Under the pieces are notes generated by a model. It did no database searches and was not told where the DNA came from. It saw only the letters and a list, made by a program, of their open reading frames with translations. Made by a program: the position numbers and the translations under genes. This document shows, piece by piece, positions 39,275 to 52,248 of a DNA stretch of 64,000 bases; positions within the stretch are counted from its first letter, which is position 1; every line of letters starts with the position of its first letter. Origin of the DNA: an uncultured delta proteobacterium (GTDB taxonomy: Bacteria > Myxococcota_A > UBA9160 > SZUA-336); contig CAVPHD010000001.1 in NCBI GenBank assembly GCA_963704165.1, positions 416,001 to 480,000 on the forward strand. Reading direction: 5' to 3'.

Positions 39275-40123
39275 ATGGCTGCTGCGCGGACCCTCACCGC
39301 ACTCGTGCTCGGCGCGATCACGCGCGACCTGAACGGCGACGGCGAGGGCTCGCCTGGAGGGGTCGTCCACTACGCGGGGCGCGCGTTCGCCGCGCTCGGC
39401 GCGCGAACGCGCGTGATCACGCGCGTTCGCGAGACGGATGCCGAGGTGCTGCTCGCACCGCTCTTCGAGGCCGGGGTCGAGGTTCGCGCCCTGCCGAGCG
39501 CGGCAACCACGACCTACGCGAACGACTACAGCGGTCCCGAGGACCGGCACGACCTGCTCGCCGCATCGGATCCGATCGGCCCTGGAGATCTGCCCGCATC
39601 ATGGCGCAGCGCGGACGCGATCCACCTCGGCCCTTTGCATCGGCGTGACCTGCTTCCGGAAACGCTGGCTGGGCTCTCGGGCTTCACCGGAATCGATCTT
39701 CAGGGTCTGGTGCGGATTGCCGACGCGCGTGGCACGCGATTGGCGCCGAATCCGGACCTGAAAGATCACCTCGCGCACGTCGCCGTCGCAAAGGCCAGCG
39801 AGGAGGAGCTCGCGGTCCTGCTCGACGGTCGCAGTCTCGAAGCGTTTCGCAGCGCACACGGACTCTCCGAGCTGCTCGTGACGCGAGGTGAGCGCGGCGC
39901 TCTCGTCGTGACACGCTGGCGTGTCGAGGAGATCGCGACGCCGCGCGTGCCGCGGTGCTTTCCGGTCGGCGCCGGTGACGTGTTCCTCGCGGCATATCTG
40001 TTCGCGCGCGCGAGCGAACGGAATCCGGCGACCGCCGCCCGATTCGCGGCACGCACGAGTGCAGAACACGTTCATCACGGCCGGGTCTCGGCCGCGGTCG
40101 AGCTCCGTGAGGCTGGGTCGTGA
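39275..40123 (+). CDS. PfkB family carbohydrate kinase
   Basis: PGG.V.YAG, D.QG, K.SEEE, VTRG.RG and VGAGDVF motifs. Confidence 0.85.
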   Translation: MAAARTLTALVLGAITRDLNGDGEGSPGGVVHYAGRAFAALGARTRVITRVRETDAEVLLAPLFEAGVEVRALPSAATTTYANDYSGPEDRHDLLAASDPIGPGDLPASWRSADAIHLGPLHRRDLLPETLAGLSGFTGIDLQGLVRIADARGTRLAPNPDLKDHLAHVAVAKASEEELAVLLDGRSLEAFRSAHGLSELLVTRGERGALVVTRWRVEEIATPRVPRCFPVGAGDVFLAAYLFARASERNPATAARFAARTSAEHVHHGRVSAAVELREAGS

Positions 40124-40560
40124 ACACACGCTCGGTCGCCATCCTGATCGCGGGAGCGACTCTCGTTGGCTGCCTCGGCACGCTGCACATCGATCCGCAG
40201 GCGGCCGAACCGCCGCCGACGCCCGTTCCCGATCGCTTCGAGTCGGAGGGGGCTCCCGAGCTCGTGCCCACCGACGTCGAGGGCTGCCAGGCCGCACCGT
40301 CGCTCGATCCGACGCTGTACTACTGCACCGAGGGTGAGCATTGGTACCGCTTCGCGATGAACCGCTGGTACCTCGCGTTCGCCTGGAACGGGAACTGGTT
40401 TCCCGTGACGACCGCGGAGCTTCCGCAGGGATTGCGGAAGATCACGCCCCAGACGCAGGTCGAGACCGTGAAGACGCGCGAGGAGCGTCTCGAAGAACTC
40501 GAGCGGAAGCTCGAGGCACTCGACGACGAGGACCTAGACGGCGAGGAGCAGGCGCCTTAG
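40120..40560 (+). CDS. Hypothetical lipoprotein
   Basis: Lipobox LVGC, aromatic WYRF..RWY..WNGNW segment, acidic coiled-coil tail; GTGA overlap with the PfkB gene. Confidence 0.6.
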   Translation: MNTRSVAILIAGATLVGCLGTLHIDPQAAEPPPTPVPDRFESEGAPELVPTDVEGCQAAPSLDPTLYYCTEGEHWYRFAMNRWYLAFAWNGNWFPVTTAELPQGLRKITPQTQVETVKTREERLEELERKLEALDDEDLDGEEQAP

Positions 40561-41214
40561 CTCCTCGACCGAGGCCGCGAGCGAGGTCGGCGCGGCGGCC
40601 CGCAACTCCTCTCGAGTGCCATAGCCCCAAGCCACGGCGATCGCGTCGATGCCGTTCGCGCGCGCCCCATGCACGTCGTGCATCCGGTCGCCAACCATCA
40701 CCGCACGTTCGGGAGCTTCCCCTCTAACGCCGACGAGCGCCGCGCTCACGACCTCTGTCTTCTCGACACGCGTACCATCGAGGTGACTTCCGACGACCAG
40801 ATCGAAGTGCTTGGTGAGATCGAAGTGCTCGAGGATGCGTTCTGCGAAGACCGTCGGCTTCGAGGTCGCCAGGCAGACGCGGCGCCCCGACTCCCTCAAC
40901 TCCCGGAGCAGGGACGGAATTCCCGCGTAGACCTCGTTCTCGTAGATTCCCCGCTCCGAGAAGTACTCGCGGTAGTCGTCGACCGCGCGCCTCGCTTCGA
41001 CGGCGTCGAAGCCGAGCCGCTCTCGAAACGACTGTTCGAGCGGCGGGCCGATGAACGGTTCGAGTTCGTCCGCATCGGGCGGGGTGATCCCGCGTTTGCG
41101 AAGCGCGTACTGAACGGATCGGGTGATGCCCCGCTTCGGATCGGTGAGGGTTCCGTCGAGATCGAAGAGCACCGCACGCCAACGGGCGAGTTCCGGCGCG
41201 CCCGCTCCGGTCAC
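40534..41214 (-). CDS. HAD family phosphatase (Gph/5'-nucleotidase-like)
   Basis: FDLDGTL, FIGPPL, ATSKP, VGDRMHD, WGYG. Confidence 0.9.
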   Translation of the reverse strand: MTGAGAPELARWRAVLFDLDGTLTDPKRGITRSVQYALRKRGITPPDADELEPFIGPPLEQSFRERLGFDAVEARRAVDDYREYFSERGIYENEVYAGIPSLLRELRESGRRVCLATSKPTVFAERILEHFDLTKHFDLVVGSHLDGTRVEKTEVVSAALVGVRGEAPERAVMVGDRMHDVHGARANGIDAIAVAWGYGTREELRAAAPTSLAASVEELRRLLLAV

Positions 41215-42504
41215 TGCGACGCCTCCGTGATCTCGATCATCCGCTCGAGCGCACGCCGCGCTTCGCTCGCGACCCGACGCTGACCGCTGGGATCGAGCCG
41301 CTCACGCGCGCCGCTGATCTCATCGACCATGTCTCCGGGCAGTACCCGGTTCAGGTCGGGCGCACGACCCCGCGACAAGAGATCGAGAAGCGCGACGAGA
41401 TGCGGAGGGTCGTTCCGCGACATCGTCGCGCAGCCGCAGCCGGCGGCCGCCTCGTTCGGCACGTCGGCGAGGTGAACGACCGTGACGCCGCGAGGTGACG
41501 ACTGCTCGCGGAGGTTCCGCACGAAGTGCCCCTCGGTGCCGATCGCGACGCGCGATCCTGGCTCGAGCTTCATCACGTGATTCCAGAGCCAGCTCGTCGA
41601 CCCGCTGCCGTCGGCGAGATCGACGACCTCCTTCGGCGTCTCGGGATGCACCACCACCGAGAACCCCCGCGCGCGCCAGTGGGCGACGTGCGCGGGCTTG
41701 AAGACCGTGTGCACACCGCAGAATCCGCCCCAGAGGATCAGCTCCGCCGTGTCGAGGGCTTCGAGCGACGAAGCGGAGACGTCGGCACCCTCGTGTCCGG
41801 CCGGAAGCATCGCGATTCGTTCGGGATCGATTCCGACCTGCGAGGCGACGTTGCGACCGAGATGCTCGTCGGGCACGAAGAAGATCCGGCGCCCCTGCGC
41901 GCGCGCCCAGCGCACGATCGCGGCGCGTTCGAGCTCGTGCACACCGCGCCGCCGGTGCGTCCGGCGAGCGCCTTCACGCGTCCCGATGTGTTCATGTACG
42001 CGACGACCATCAGATCGTCGCCGAAGCGCGCCTGAAGCTTCTCGAACGCGGGCGCGACCATGAACTCCTTGGCCATCATCTCCATCGTGCAGCCCGACTT
42101 CGGATTCGTGATGAAGACCTGCTGATCGGGACGCGCGAGCATCGCGATCGACTCCGCCATGAAGTGCACCGCCGACTCGACGAAGATGTGCTTCTCGGGA
42201 TGCAGAACCGCCTCGCGCGCGAGCTGGTAGGAATCGGCGACGAGTCCCCCGTAGCGCTCGACGAGCTTCACGATCTCGCCGCCCATGTAGTAGTGCGCGA
42301 GCAGGATCAGCTCGGGGCCGACACGGCTCGCGCAGGCTCGATGTACCCGTCCATCCACGGCAGGACCGTGCGCGGCGTGCGGTCCGGAAGCGCGAGGTAC
42401 TCCTCGGCGTACGGTTGGAACTCGGGCTGGTACCAGTCGAGCGGAAGATCCGTCTGGCAGATCGGGACGTCGGGCTGAAGCGTCATGCTGCGAGGGGGCG
42501 GCAT
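41211..42504 (-). CDS. nadA: Quinolinate synthase (2 apparent frameshifts)
   Basis: LLAHYY, DSYQLA, VHFMAES, GCTM, AYMNTS, VCTSSN, PDEHLGRN, CGVH, VHPE, GST, GTE, CATM over three frames; shifts near 42325 and 41930. Confidence 0.9.
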
Positions 42505-42534
42505 GCGCGACAAACTAGCATGCTCCGAAGCGCG

Positions 42535-43527
42535 TCAGATCTGCCCGGGTTTCGTCAGGTGGTCGGCGGAGAACTCGACGGGTTTCTCGAGCGCCTCGAA
42601 ACGAAGCGCGCACCCGGCCATCGCGCAGCCGCTGCAGTGCGACGGCCGGCACGGATCGAGGTGCACGATGAACTCGGCCTCGGCTTCGAATGCCCGCCCG
42701 AGTTCCTCCTCGAGCAGGTCGGCGCTGCGGTGCGCGTCGTCGAGCGTGAAATAGCGCGGAACGACGAGGTGCAGATCCACGTGATGGAGGTTTCCGGACG
42801 CACGGCTGCGAAGCTGGTGGATGTCGCACCACTCCGGCCTGCGCACGGACTCGATCCGCTCCGCGAGCCGGACCAGCAGCGAGAAGTCGGCCTCGTCGAG
42901 AAGGCCCGTCAGGGAGTGGCGCACGACCCGACCGCCTGCCCAGAGGATGTTTCCGGCGACGAGCAGTGCCACGATCGGATCCAATACGACGTACCCGGTG
43001 ACGTGCACCGCGGCGAGCGCGGCGATTCCCGCGGCGGTCGTCACCGTGTCGGTCAGCACGTGAATCCCGTCGGCGCGGAGTGCCTGCGAGTGCTCCCGCC
43101 GAGCGACGCCGAGCAGGAACCATCCGAGCGCCAGGTTGCCGACCCCCGCGCCGGCCGAGATCGCGATGCCGATCCCGATGTGTTCGAGCTCCGGCCCGGT
43201 CACGATTCGGCGCACCGCCTCGATCGCGATCAGCAGCGCGGCGACGAAGATCATCCCGCCCTCGATCATCGCGGAGAGCGTCTCCGCCTTGCCGTGTCCG
43301 TAGGGGTGGTCGGCGTCGGGCGGGCGCCGCGCGACCACGACGCTGTAGGTGACCAGCGACGCCGCCATCACGTTGACGATCGACTCGGCGGCATCCGCGA
43401 GCAGGGCCATCGAGCCGGTGTACAAATAGGCTGCCGCCTTGAGCGCGAGGATCACCACGCTCGCCACCAACGAGATCACGCCCGCACGGACGGCGGCGTC
43501 CCAGGGTCTGGCTACGGCCTCGCTCAC
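42535..43527 (-). CDS. Cation diffusion facilitator family transporter
   Basis: [43 protein letters not shown]. Confidence 0.92.
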   Translation of the reverse strand: MSEAVARPWDAAVRAGVISLVASVVILALKAAAYLYTGSMALLADAAESIVNVMAASLVTYSVVVARRPPDADHPYGHGKAETLSAMIEGGMIFVAALLIAIEAVRRIVTGPELEHIGIGIAISAGAGVGNLALGWFLLGVARREHSQALRADGIHVLTDTVTTAAGIAALAAVHVTGYVVLDPIVALLVAGNILWAGGRVVRHSLTGLLDEADFSLLVRLAERIESVRRPEWCDIHQLRSRASGNLHHVDLHLVVPRYFTLDDAHRSADLLEEELGRAFEAEAEFIVHLDPCRPSHCSGCAMAGCALRFEALEKPVEFSADHLTKPGQI

Positions 43528-43602
43528 ACCGGGACTTTAGCGTCTCCGCCCCTCCGCCGAGCGAGCAGGCTCCCGGCAGGGGCGCTATGCTGCGGCGCGC
43601 TT

Positions 43603-43679
43603 CGGGGCGTAGCGCAGCTTGGTAGCGCGCTTGGTTCGGGACCAAGAGGTCGCCGGTTCAAATCCGGCCGCCCCGACCA
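43603..43679 (+). tRNA. tRNA-Pro (anticodon CGG)
   Basis: 77-nt cloverleaf: CGGGGCG acceptor, anticodon arm CTTGG-TTCGGGA-CCAAG, GGTTCAAATCC T-arm, encoded CCA. Confidence 0.97.
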
Positions 43680-43686
43680 CCCTTTT

Positions 43687-45771
43687 CTATCGACCGCGCA
43701 TCGGGTCCCCGGGTGCCGGGCTTGCCGGCGGAGCCCCCGGGAGCGGGCGGTCGGCGTTGCTCTTGATCCGGATCGTCGGCCAGGGTGACGCCTCGCGGCT
43801 CGGCTCGCGGCGCAGAAGCGCACGGCAGATGCCATTCTCGAGTCGGCCGGTCGCGGCGATCGCTCCGGCAACCGACAGCGCCGCCGTTCCGGTCGTGTGC
43901 GAAGCACCCCTCACGAGCGCCTCTCGCACCGCCCATGGCTCGAGGTCCGGCCGCGAGCCGGTCACGAGCAGGGCCGCGCCCGCCGTGAGCCCCACGGCCA
44001 CGAGCGAGCCTTCGTGCGCGGCGGTGCGTCGGTCGGGAACCGAGGATTGATCGTTGCGAGGATTCGAGATCGCGGCGCGAATCTGATCGGATGCCGCGGT
44101 GTGCGGCGGCAAGGACAGGTCGGGCGCCGCCTCCGGCGAAGCCACGACGTCTGCGACCAGCAACGCGCGAAGCGGTCGGAGCACGGTGTCGCCGCTCTCC
44201 TCGTCGGCCCACGGATCCCAGACCACGCCCGTCCCGCCGCCGTTCTGCTCGAGCCACGACTCGCGCCAGTGCGACGGATAGGCACCGCCCGCACCGGACT
44301 CGTCGCCAGGTCCGCAGACGGGAATTGCGCAGTTGTCCTCGGCGAAGAGCAGCGCGTCGTGCAGGATCCAGTGCGGCCGCTCGCCGGGCCATGCGCACGT
44401 CAGCACGCGCGCGCGCTCGCCGACGGCATACGCGATTCCGGCGGCGCGCGCCCAAACCGAACTGCGGAGCTCTGCGGGCGGCGCCTCGGAGTCGTGCATC
44501 CGTGGATCGCCGTCGGCCCCCCGTGCGAGGCTCGTGCGCAGATTCTCCTGCACGTCGACCGCGAGGATCTGCGCTCGCGGCGCGACACCGAGCGGCAGCC
44601 CGGCCCCGCCGGCGCCCGCGGCAAGGGACGCGACGGCGGTCCCATGCCCCCAATCAAAACGCGTGCGATCCGAGGCACCGTCCCAGTCCGTGACGTCGGT
44701 GACGACTCCCAGTGCGAGTCGGGCCGAGGAGTCGTCGCGCGCGATCGCGAGGTGAGCGAGGTTCACGCCGAATCGATCGCCGGGGACTCCGTTTCCGTCG
44801 AGGTCGTCGCCCGCTCGCTCGCTCGGCTTCTCCAGGAGATTCCGCACCAGCGCGGCGTGGTTGACGTCGATGCCGGTGTCGATCACCGCGAGCCGGACGC
44901 CGTCCCCCTGCTCTTCTCCCCAGACCTGTGGTGCGCCGATCGCGACGAGCTCGGCACCGGCCGAGTTCGCCGCCGCGCGCCGGCTCCCCGCGGTCCGCAC
45001 GCTCGAGCGATACGCCTCGGCTTCGGGATCGAGGATGCGACTCACCGCGAGTAGAGGCGTCGGCCATTCTTCGCCTGCGCGCACTCGCAGGAAGGCTCCG
45101 TCGGCAGGCAGATAGCTCTCTGCGAAAATGCTCGGGTCGGCGCGCAGCCAGCCGACGGCCTGGTAGAAGTTCACGTCCTCGGGCAGGTCGATCGCGATCC
45201 AGAGGCCGAGGCCGACGGCGTCACGCGCGCCCGTGCGATCGAAGGGGAAGGCCGGCAGGACCAGGGCCGAAAGCGCGCGGAGCTTCGCGTCGAGGGACGG
45301 CAGCCCGAGGCTCTTGCGCGCAACCGGCTCGGTGAACGATTCGGGTAGCTGGCGCAGCTTGAACAGCACCACGCCACCCTGATACGGATCATCGACAGGT
45401 AGCGTTCGCGAATCGGTGAAGGTGATCTGGGCCTCGGCGCTCAGATCGCCCGCCCGACACAGGACGGTGGTGGGGACGGAGACGCTGGGCGACGGCACGC
45501 GCAGCACTTCACCGTCGCGAGCGAGCACCTCCCCGTCGGCGAGCTGGCAGTGTGCGTCGCCCGAGTTCGTTCCGACGACTCGGAGCCTCGCCTCGTCGCC
45601 CAGCCGCGCGCTGGTATTGCGCGGCTCGATGCGCAGCGCGTCCGGGTCCCCCGCCGACGTCGCTCCGCGCCAGAGCGGCGGGAGCGTCGGCGTCGGCGTC
45701 AGGACCGTCGCACATGCACACAGCGAAACAACCGCGACCGCCCCCACGAACCCGGAGAATCCCCTGCTCAT
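43687..45771 (-). CDS. Subtilase (S8)-like putative lipoprotein, probably lacking the catalytic Ser
   Basis: AVIDTGID and [12 protein letters not shown] motifs; C-terminal GSLVA..TAGAA instead of GTSMA; N-terminal signal with Cys. Confidence 0.75.
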   Translation of the reverse strand: MSRGFSGFVGAVAVVSLCACATVLTPTPTLPPLWRGATSAGDPDALRIEPRNTSARLGDEARLRVVGTNSGDAHCQLADGEVLARDGEVLRVPSPSVSVPTTVLCRAGDLSAEAQITFTDSRTLPVDDPYQGGVVLFKLRQLPESFTEPVARKSLGLPSLDAKLRALSALVLPAFPFDRTGARDAVGLGLWIAIDLPEDVNFYQAVGWLRADPSIFAESYLPADGAFLRVRAGEEWPTPLLAVSRILDPEAEAYRSSVRTAGSRRAAANSAGAELVAIGAPQVWGEEQGDGVRLAVIDTGIDVNHAALVRNLLEKPSERAGDDLDGNGVPGDRFGVNLAHLAIARDDSSARLALGVVTDVTDWDGASDRTRFDWGHGTAVASLAAGAGGAGLPLGVAPRAQILAVDVQENLRTSLARGADGDPRMHDSEAPPAELRSSVWARAAGIAYAVGERARVLTCAWPGERPHWILHDALLFAEDNCAIPVCGPGDESGAGGAYPSHWRESWLEQNGGGTGVVWDPWADEESGDTVLRPLRALLVADVVASPEAAPDLSLPPHTAASDQIRAAISNPRNDQSSVPDRRTAAHEGSLVAVGLTAGAALLVTGSRPDLEPWAVREALVRGASHTTGTAALSVAGAIAATGRLENGICRALLRREPSREASPWPTIRIKSNADRPLPGAPPASPAPGDPMRGR

Positions 45772-45814
45772 ACGGGAGTCTTCGGGCGATGCCGCGTCGA
45801 GCTTTTGGTGCGAT

Positions 45815-47704
<1,890 letters not shown>

Positions 47705-47741
47705 TGGGGGGAACTCCTTGGCCATCCGAGGGAAGAAAAAG

Positions 47742-49529
47742 TTAGACCTGCCGCACCTGCTTCTGCAGATCGTGCCGTCGGGACGTGATCCGCTGAAGTT
47801 CTTCGTCGATCTCGTTCTGTCCGGCGGGATCCGTGCAGGATCCGCGCCGTTCCTCGAGCACGTGCTTGGCCGACGTCAGCACGGTGATCTCGAGCTTGGC
47901 GATGCAATCCGAAATGCTGCGGGTGGCGCTCTTGGAGTCGAGCTGAGGCGCATCGGCGATGATTCGCCCGAGCAGCGTCCTCTGCTCGTCATCGAGCCGT
48001 TCCGCCTCCGGGGACAGGAGACTTGCCGCTCCGCTGCGTCCACTCGCGGCGCTCGCCGCCTTCAGATGATCGAGCAGTTCCGCACCCGGGTCGCTCGGAA
48101 GCCATCCGGAATCGAGCGACTCGAAGAGGGGCAGGGTCTCCGGATGCGCCGCGAGCGTGGCGATCAACATGCGCACGATCGGAGAGACCTCGCTCGGCTT
48201 GGCCACGGACCTCGCTGCCCCGATGCCGGCCGCGGGACGCGGGGTCTCGCGCTCGGCGCCCTGGCGCAGTGCTTCCTCGAGCGCGTTCGGCGGGATCTCG
48301 AGACGACTCGAGAGCAGGCGCACGTACGCGGCTCGCTCGACCGGATCGGTGAGCGCACGCAGATACGGAGCCACGCTGCGCGCCGTATCGCCCGCCGCCC
48401 AGGCGTGGCCTGCGCCTTCCTTCAGCGCGCGCTCGATCAGGTGATCGAGAAGCGGCACGGCGCTGTCGACGCAGGTGCGCAGCGCGGGCAGACCCGAGTT
48501 CGCGACGAGCGTGTCGGGATCCTCGCCGAGCGGCAGGAATGCCGCGCGCACGCGCAGGCCTTCGGCGAGCAGGATCGGCAGCGCACGCTCCGCGGCGGCC
48601 TGACCGGCAACGTCACCGTCGAAGAGCAGCACGACTTCCGTTGCGTAGCGTCGGATCCGCCGGGCATGGGCCTGCGTGACGGCGGTCCCACAGGGAGCGA
48701 TCCCTTCCGAAAGTCCCGCGCGATGCAGCGCGAGCAGATCGAAATAACCCTCGACGATGATCACGCGGCCGCGCTCGCGGATCGCTTCGAGCGCCTGCGG
48801 CAGGCCGAAGAGGGCGCGGCTCTTCTTGTACACGGGCGATTCGGGCGTGTTCAGGTACTTCGGCGGCTCGCTTCCCAGACCTCGCCCGCCGAAGCCGGCA
48901 ACCTGCCCCGTCGGTTCGAGAATCGGAAAGACGACGCGCGCGCGGAACCGATCGTAATGACCGTCACCGCTCGGACGCCGGGCGATCAGCCCCGCGAGCT
49001 CGGCTTCTTCGACCGAGATGCGCGAGCGGCGCAGATGCTGGATCAGCCCGTCCCAACCCTCGGGTGCCCAACCGATCCGGAATCGCTCGGCGAGATCCTC
49101 GGGGATCCCGCGGGCGCTGAGATATCGACGGGCGGGTTCCGCCTCGGGCCGGCGCAAGCTGGCGCTGAAGAAGGCGGCCGCGACTTCGTTCGCGCGAAAG
49201 GCCGCGGCGACCTGGCCCTCGTCTCCGCCGCCGGTCTCGGGAACCGCGATCCCGAGCTCCCGTCCAAGCACGCGGAGCACGTCTGGAAAGTCGAGACCCT
49301 CCGTGCGCATTCGGAAGGCGAACACGTCGCCGCCGGCGCCGCAGCCGAAGCAGTAGAAGATCTGCTTGTCGGCGTGAACCTGGAAGGAGGGGGTCTTCTC
49401 GTCGTGGAAAGGACAGAGGCCCCAGAAGCGGCTGCCCGACTTCTTGAGAGTCACGTGCCGACCGACGATCGCTACGATGTCAGCGCGGTCGCGGATCTCG
49501 GCTACGACGTTCTCGGGGATTCGGCCCAC
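47742..49529 (-). CDS. dnaG: DNA primase
   Basis: [15 protein letters not shown] zinc finger, KYLNTPE, VEGYFD, FDGD.AG, DPD. Confidence 0.97.
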   Translation of the reverse strand: MGRIPENVVAEIRDRADIVAIVGRHVTLKKSGSRFWGLCPFHDEKTPSFQVHADKQIFYCFGCGAGGDVFAFRMRTEGLDFPDVLRVLGRELGIAVPETGGGDEGQVAAAFRANEVAAAFFSASLRRPEAEPARRYLSARGIPEDLAERFRIGWAPEGWDGLIQHLRRSRISVEEAELAGLIARRPSGDGHYDRFRARVVFPILEPTGQVAGFGGRGLGSEPPKYLNTPESPVYKKSRALFGLPQALEAIRERGRVIIVEGYFDLLALHRAGLSEGIAPCGTAVTQAHARRIRRYATEVVLLFDGDVAGQAAAERALPILLAEGLRVRAAFLPLGEDPDTLVANSGLPALRTCVDSAVPLLDHLIERALKEGAGHAWAAGDTARSVAPYLRALTDPVERAAYVRLLSSRLEIPPNALEEALRQGAERETPRPAAGIGAARSVAKPSEVSPIVRMLIATLAAHPETLPLFESLDSGWLPSDPGAELLDHLKAASAASGRSGAASLLSPEAERLDDEQRTLLGRIIADAPQLDSKSATRSISDCIAKLEITVLTSAKHVLEERRGSCTDPAGQNEIDEELQRITSRRHDLQKQVRQV

Positions 49530-49583
49530 TCCGTCCTGCGCCCCCTACCGTTGGACCCACTACGAAATTCGACTCAACGTGCG

Positions 49584-49612
49584 AAAGGCCCGGGCAGCAT
49601 CTGCCTCGGGCC
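49584..49612 (-). terminator. Putative intrinsic terminator between rpsU and dnaG
   Basis: Minus strand GGCCCG-A-GGCAG/ATG/CTGCC-CGGGCC followed by TTT, starting 12 nt after the rpsU stop. Confidence 0.55.
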
Positions 49613-49624
49613 CCTAGCTACGAC

Positions 49625-49819
49625 CTAGACCTGCGCCTTGAGCTTCTTCAGAGCTCGCTTCCGGGCAGCGAGCGTCTTCTTCTTGTTGCGAACGCTCGGC
49701 TTCTCGAAGTGCTCGCGCTTGCGCAGCTCGTACATCAGGCCGGCTTTCTCGCACTGCTTCTTGAAGCGCTTGAGCGCGCTTTCGAAGGACTCATTCTCCT
49801 TCAGTTTCACCCCAGGCAA
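49625..49819 (-). CDS. rpsU: 30S ribosomal protein S21
   Basis: [16 protein letters not shown]...[16 protein letters not shown] before a TTG start. Confidence 0.95.
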   Translation of the reverse strand: MPGVKLKENESFESALKRFKKQCEKAGLMYELRKREHFEKPSVRNKKKTLAARKRALKKLKAQV

Positions 49820-50150
49820 AAGCACTCCTCGCACGACGGCTTGCGGTGTTTCCTCGACCCGCCCCACTCCCGAAGACCCTTCCCGAAAACAGCATGATGC
49901 AGGTGAGAAAGCGAAGGGGAGACTGGGGGGCTTGCTCAGGTCATCGCGCGACGCCGCGATCGGAGGGCTCGTCCAGTACGACTCGACGAGCTGGGTCAGA
50001 TCTCGGCTTCACGCCAGAACATCCAAATCTTTCAAGTACTTACAAGGATGACCTAGCAGCGGCGGAAGCTAGCACAGGGCTTTCGGGGCGCGCAACACTT
50101 GCCGGCAAGAGACCCGCCCGCAGGCGATTGGTCGGGCCGGTTTCGCTCCG

Positions 50151-50942
50151 TCAGTCGGAAACTGGTCGGACCAATATTCCGTGGGTGGCCAGGTAGGCCT
50201 TGGCCTCGGGAACCCGGAAGGTGCCGAAGTGGAAGATGCTGGCCGCGAGTACGGCGGATGCGCCGCCGCCCGACGCACCGTCGTCGAGCGCCTCGCGCAG
50301 GTGCTCGAGCGTGCCTGCGCCGCCGGAAGCAATGACGGGGATCGAGACAGCGCGAGTCACTGCCCGCGTGAGTTCGAGATCGTACCCGTCGCGTGTCCCG
50401 TCGCGGTCCATGCTGGTGAGCAGGATTTCGCCCGCTCCGAGCGCCTCGATGCGCGACACCCACCCGACGGCGTCGATGCCTGTCGGTCGGCGACCCCCGT
50501 GTGTGTAGACCTCCCAGCCTCCCTGCGGATCGCCGCGTTCGCGCCGACGCGCGTCGACGGCAACGATCAGATTCGCGGAGCCGAGCTTCTCGGCGGTTTC
50601 TCGCACGAGCTCGGGCCGGGCGACCGCAGCCGAGTTCACCGAGACCTTGTCCGCGCCCGCTCGAAGCAGAGCGCGCACGTCGTCCACCGAGCGAACGCCC
50701 CCGCCCACCGAGAACGGGATCGTGAGTCGATCGGCCGTTCGCGCGACCAGGTCGAACATCGTCGCGCGGTTCTCGTGAGACGCGTTGATGTCGAGAAAGC
50801 AGAGCTCGTCCGCACCCTGGGCATCGTAAGCGGCGCCGACCTCCACGGGGTCACCTGCATCGATCAGATCGACGAACTGCACGCCCTTCACGACGCGCCC
50901 GTCTCGGACGTCGAGACAGGGGATGATGCGCTTGGTCAGCAC
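50151..50942 (-). CDS. hisF: Imidazole glycerol phosphate synthase cyclase subunit
   Basis: [44 protein letters not shown]. Confidence 0.97.
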   Translation of the reverse strand: MLTKRIIPCLDVRDGRVVKGVQFVDLIDAGDPVEVGAAYDAQGADELCFLDINASHENRATMFDLVARTADRLTIPFSVGGGVRSVDDVRALLRAGADKVSVNSAAVARPELVRETAEKLGSANLIVAVDARRRERGDPQGGWEVYTHGGRRPTGIDAVGWVSRIEALGAGEILLTSMDRDGTRDGYDLELTRAVTRAVSIPVIASGGAGTLEHLREALDDGASGGGASAVLAASIFHFGTFRVPEAKAYLATHGILVRPVSD

Positions 50943-51661
50943 GAAGCGAGTCTCGCGACGGCCTCTTCGACGCGGATCGCGCCGGCGTAGATCGCCTTGC
51001 CGACGATCGCCCCGGCGATCACGCGCGTTCGGGCCAGACGCTCGAGATCCGCGAGCGACCCGACCCCCCCCGAGGCGAGCACCGGGAAGGGCGAGCGGCG
51101 CGCCAGGGCGGCCGTGGCTTCGACGTTCGGCCCGCCGAGCAACCCGTCACGGCCGATGTCCGTGTGCAGGACCGCCGCGAGAGGCAGCTTCTCGAAGCGC
51201 CCGAGAACCTGCTCGACGGTCTCGCTGCTCGTCTCACGCCATCCGCGTACGGCGACCCGACCCTCTCGCGCGTCGAGGCCGAGGATCATCCGGTCCGGAA
51301 ATCGGCCGGCAAGGTCTCGCAGGAGTTCGGGCTGCTCGAGCGCGGCCGTGCCGATCACGATCCGCGCGGCGCCCGCGGCGAGGACCTGTTCGACGCGGTC
51401 GCTCGTGCGCATGCCCCCGCCCACTTGAATCGCGAGGTCCGGACAGGCTTCGAGAATCTGGCGGATGACCGCGTCATTTCCGGCGCGGCCGTCGCGTGCA
51501 CCGTCGAGATCGACGATGTGGATCCGGCGCACGCCTGCCACGGCAAATCCGCGGGCGACCACGACCGGGTCGAGGTCGTAGGTGGTCTCGCGCGCGTAGT
51601 CCCCCTGCTCGAGCCGGACGACGTGTCCACCGCGCAGGTCGATCGAGGGAATCAGCTCCAC
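50936..51661 (-). CDS. hisA: ProFAR isomerase
   Basis: [39 protein letters not shown]. Confidence 0.95.
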   Translation of the reverse strand: MELIPSIDLRGGHVVRLEQGDYARETTYDLDPVVVARGFAVAGVRRIHIVDLDGARDGRAGNDAVIRQILEACPDLAIQVGGGMRTSDRVEQVLAAGAARIVIGTAALEQPELLRDLAGRFPDRMILGLDAREGRVAVRGWRETSSETVEQVLGRFEKLPLAAVLHTDIGRDGLLGGPNVEATAALARRSPFPVLASGGVGSLADLERLARTRVIAGAIVGKAIYAGAIRVEEAVARLASC

Positions 51662-52248
51662 GACCGGGTATCCGCGACGAGCGCGCGGGCGAGCTGACTC
51701 GCCCCATAGCCCGCGAGATCCGCGGCGGTCACCCAGCGAAAGCCCCGCTGCCACGCCCGACCGAGCGAGCCCAGGTCATCCGAGAGCGCCTGCTGGGTCT
51801 CGTCGTAGGTCCCCGACCAGAGAAGGTCCCCATCCGGGGTGTGGAGTTCGAGTCGGAACCAGACGGAGGCGGGTCGGTGGGTCCCTCCGGGCCCCCCTTG
51901 GCGATCGACGAAACGCCGCACCGTGCCCGTGAGCACGGCATCGACGCCAAACTGCCGTCGCAGCACGGCTCCGCCGCCCGGGCCGAGGCTTCCGGGCACG
52001 CGAACGGCCTCTTCGGGTGGGACGATCTCGAAGTCCGACTCCCGCGTCATGGCCTGCAACACGCGTGTCGTGACGACGGCGGCCGAGTCCGCGTCGACTA
52101 CGGCTCCGGTAGCCGACTGGGTCGTGAAGGGCAGGACCACCAGCTTGCGCAGCGCCGGAGGAGACTGCGTCGCGCGCGTCTCGCTGGAGAACGGTGCGGC
52201 GCAGCCGAGGGCGAGCCCGAGCAGAGCGGTGAGCACGACGCGCGTCAT
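51652..52248 (-). CDS. Hypothetical lipoprotein inside the his operon (CsgG/TolB-N-like pattern)
   Basis: Lipobox ALGC; VVLPF, GVDAVLTGTV, G.LLW pattern; overlaps both neighbours. Confidence 0.65.
   Translation of the reverse strand: MTRVVLTALLGLALGCAAPFSSETRATQSPPALRKLVVLPFTTQSATGAVVDADSAAVVTTRVLQAMTRESDFEIVPPEEAVRVPGSLGPGGGAVLRRQFGVDAVLTGTVRRFVDRQGGPGGTHRPASVWFRLELHTPDGDLLWSGTYDETQQALSDDLGSLGRAWQRGFRWVTAADLAGYGASQLARALVADTRSWS

Noticed and set aside
43603..43700. tRNA-Pro as an island integration site
   Set aside because: No integrase, no duplicated tRNA 3' end noticed and no compositional shift
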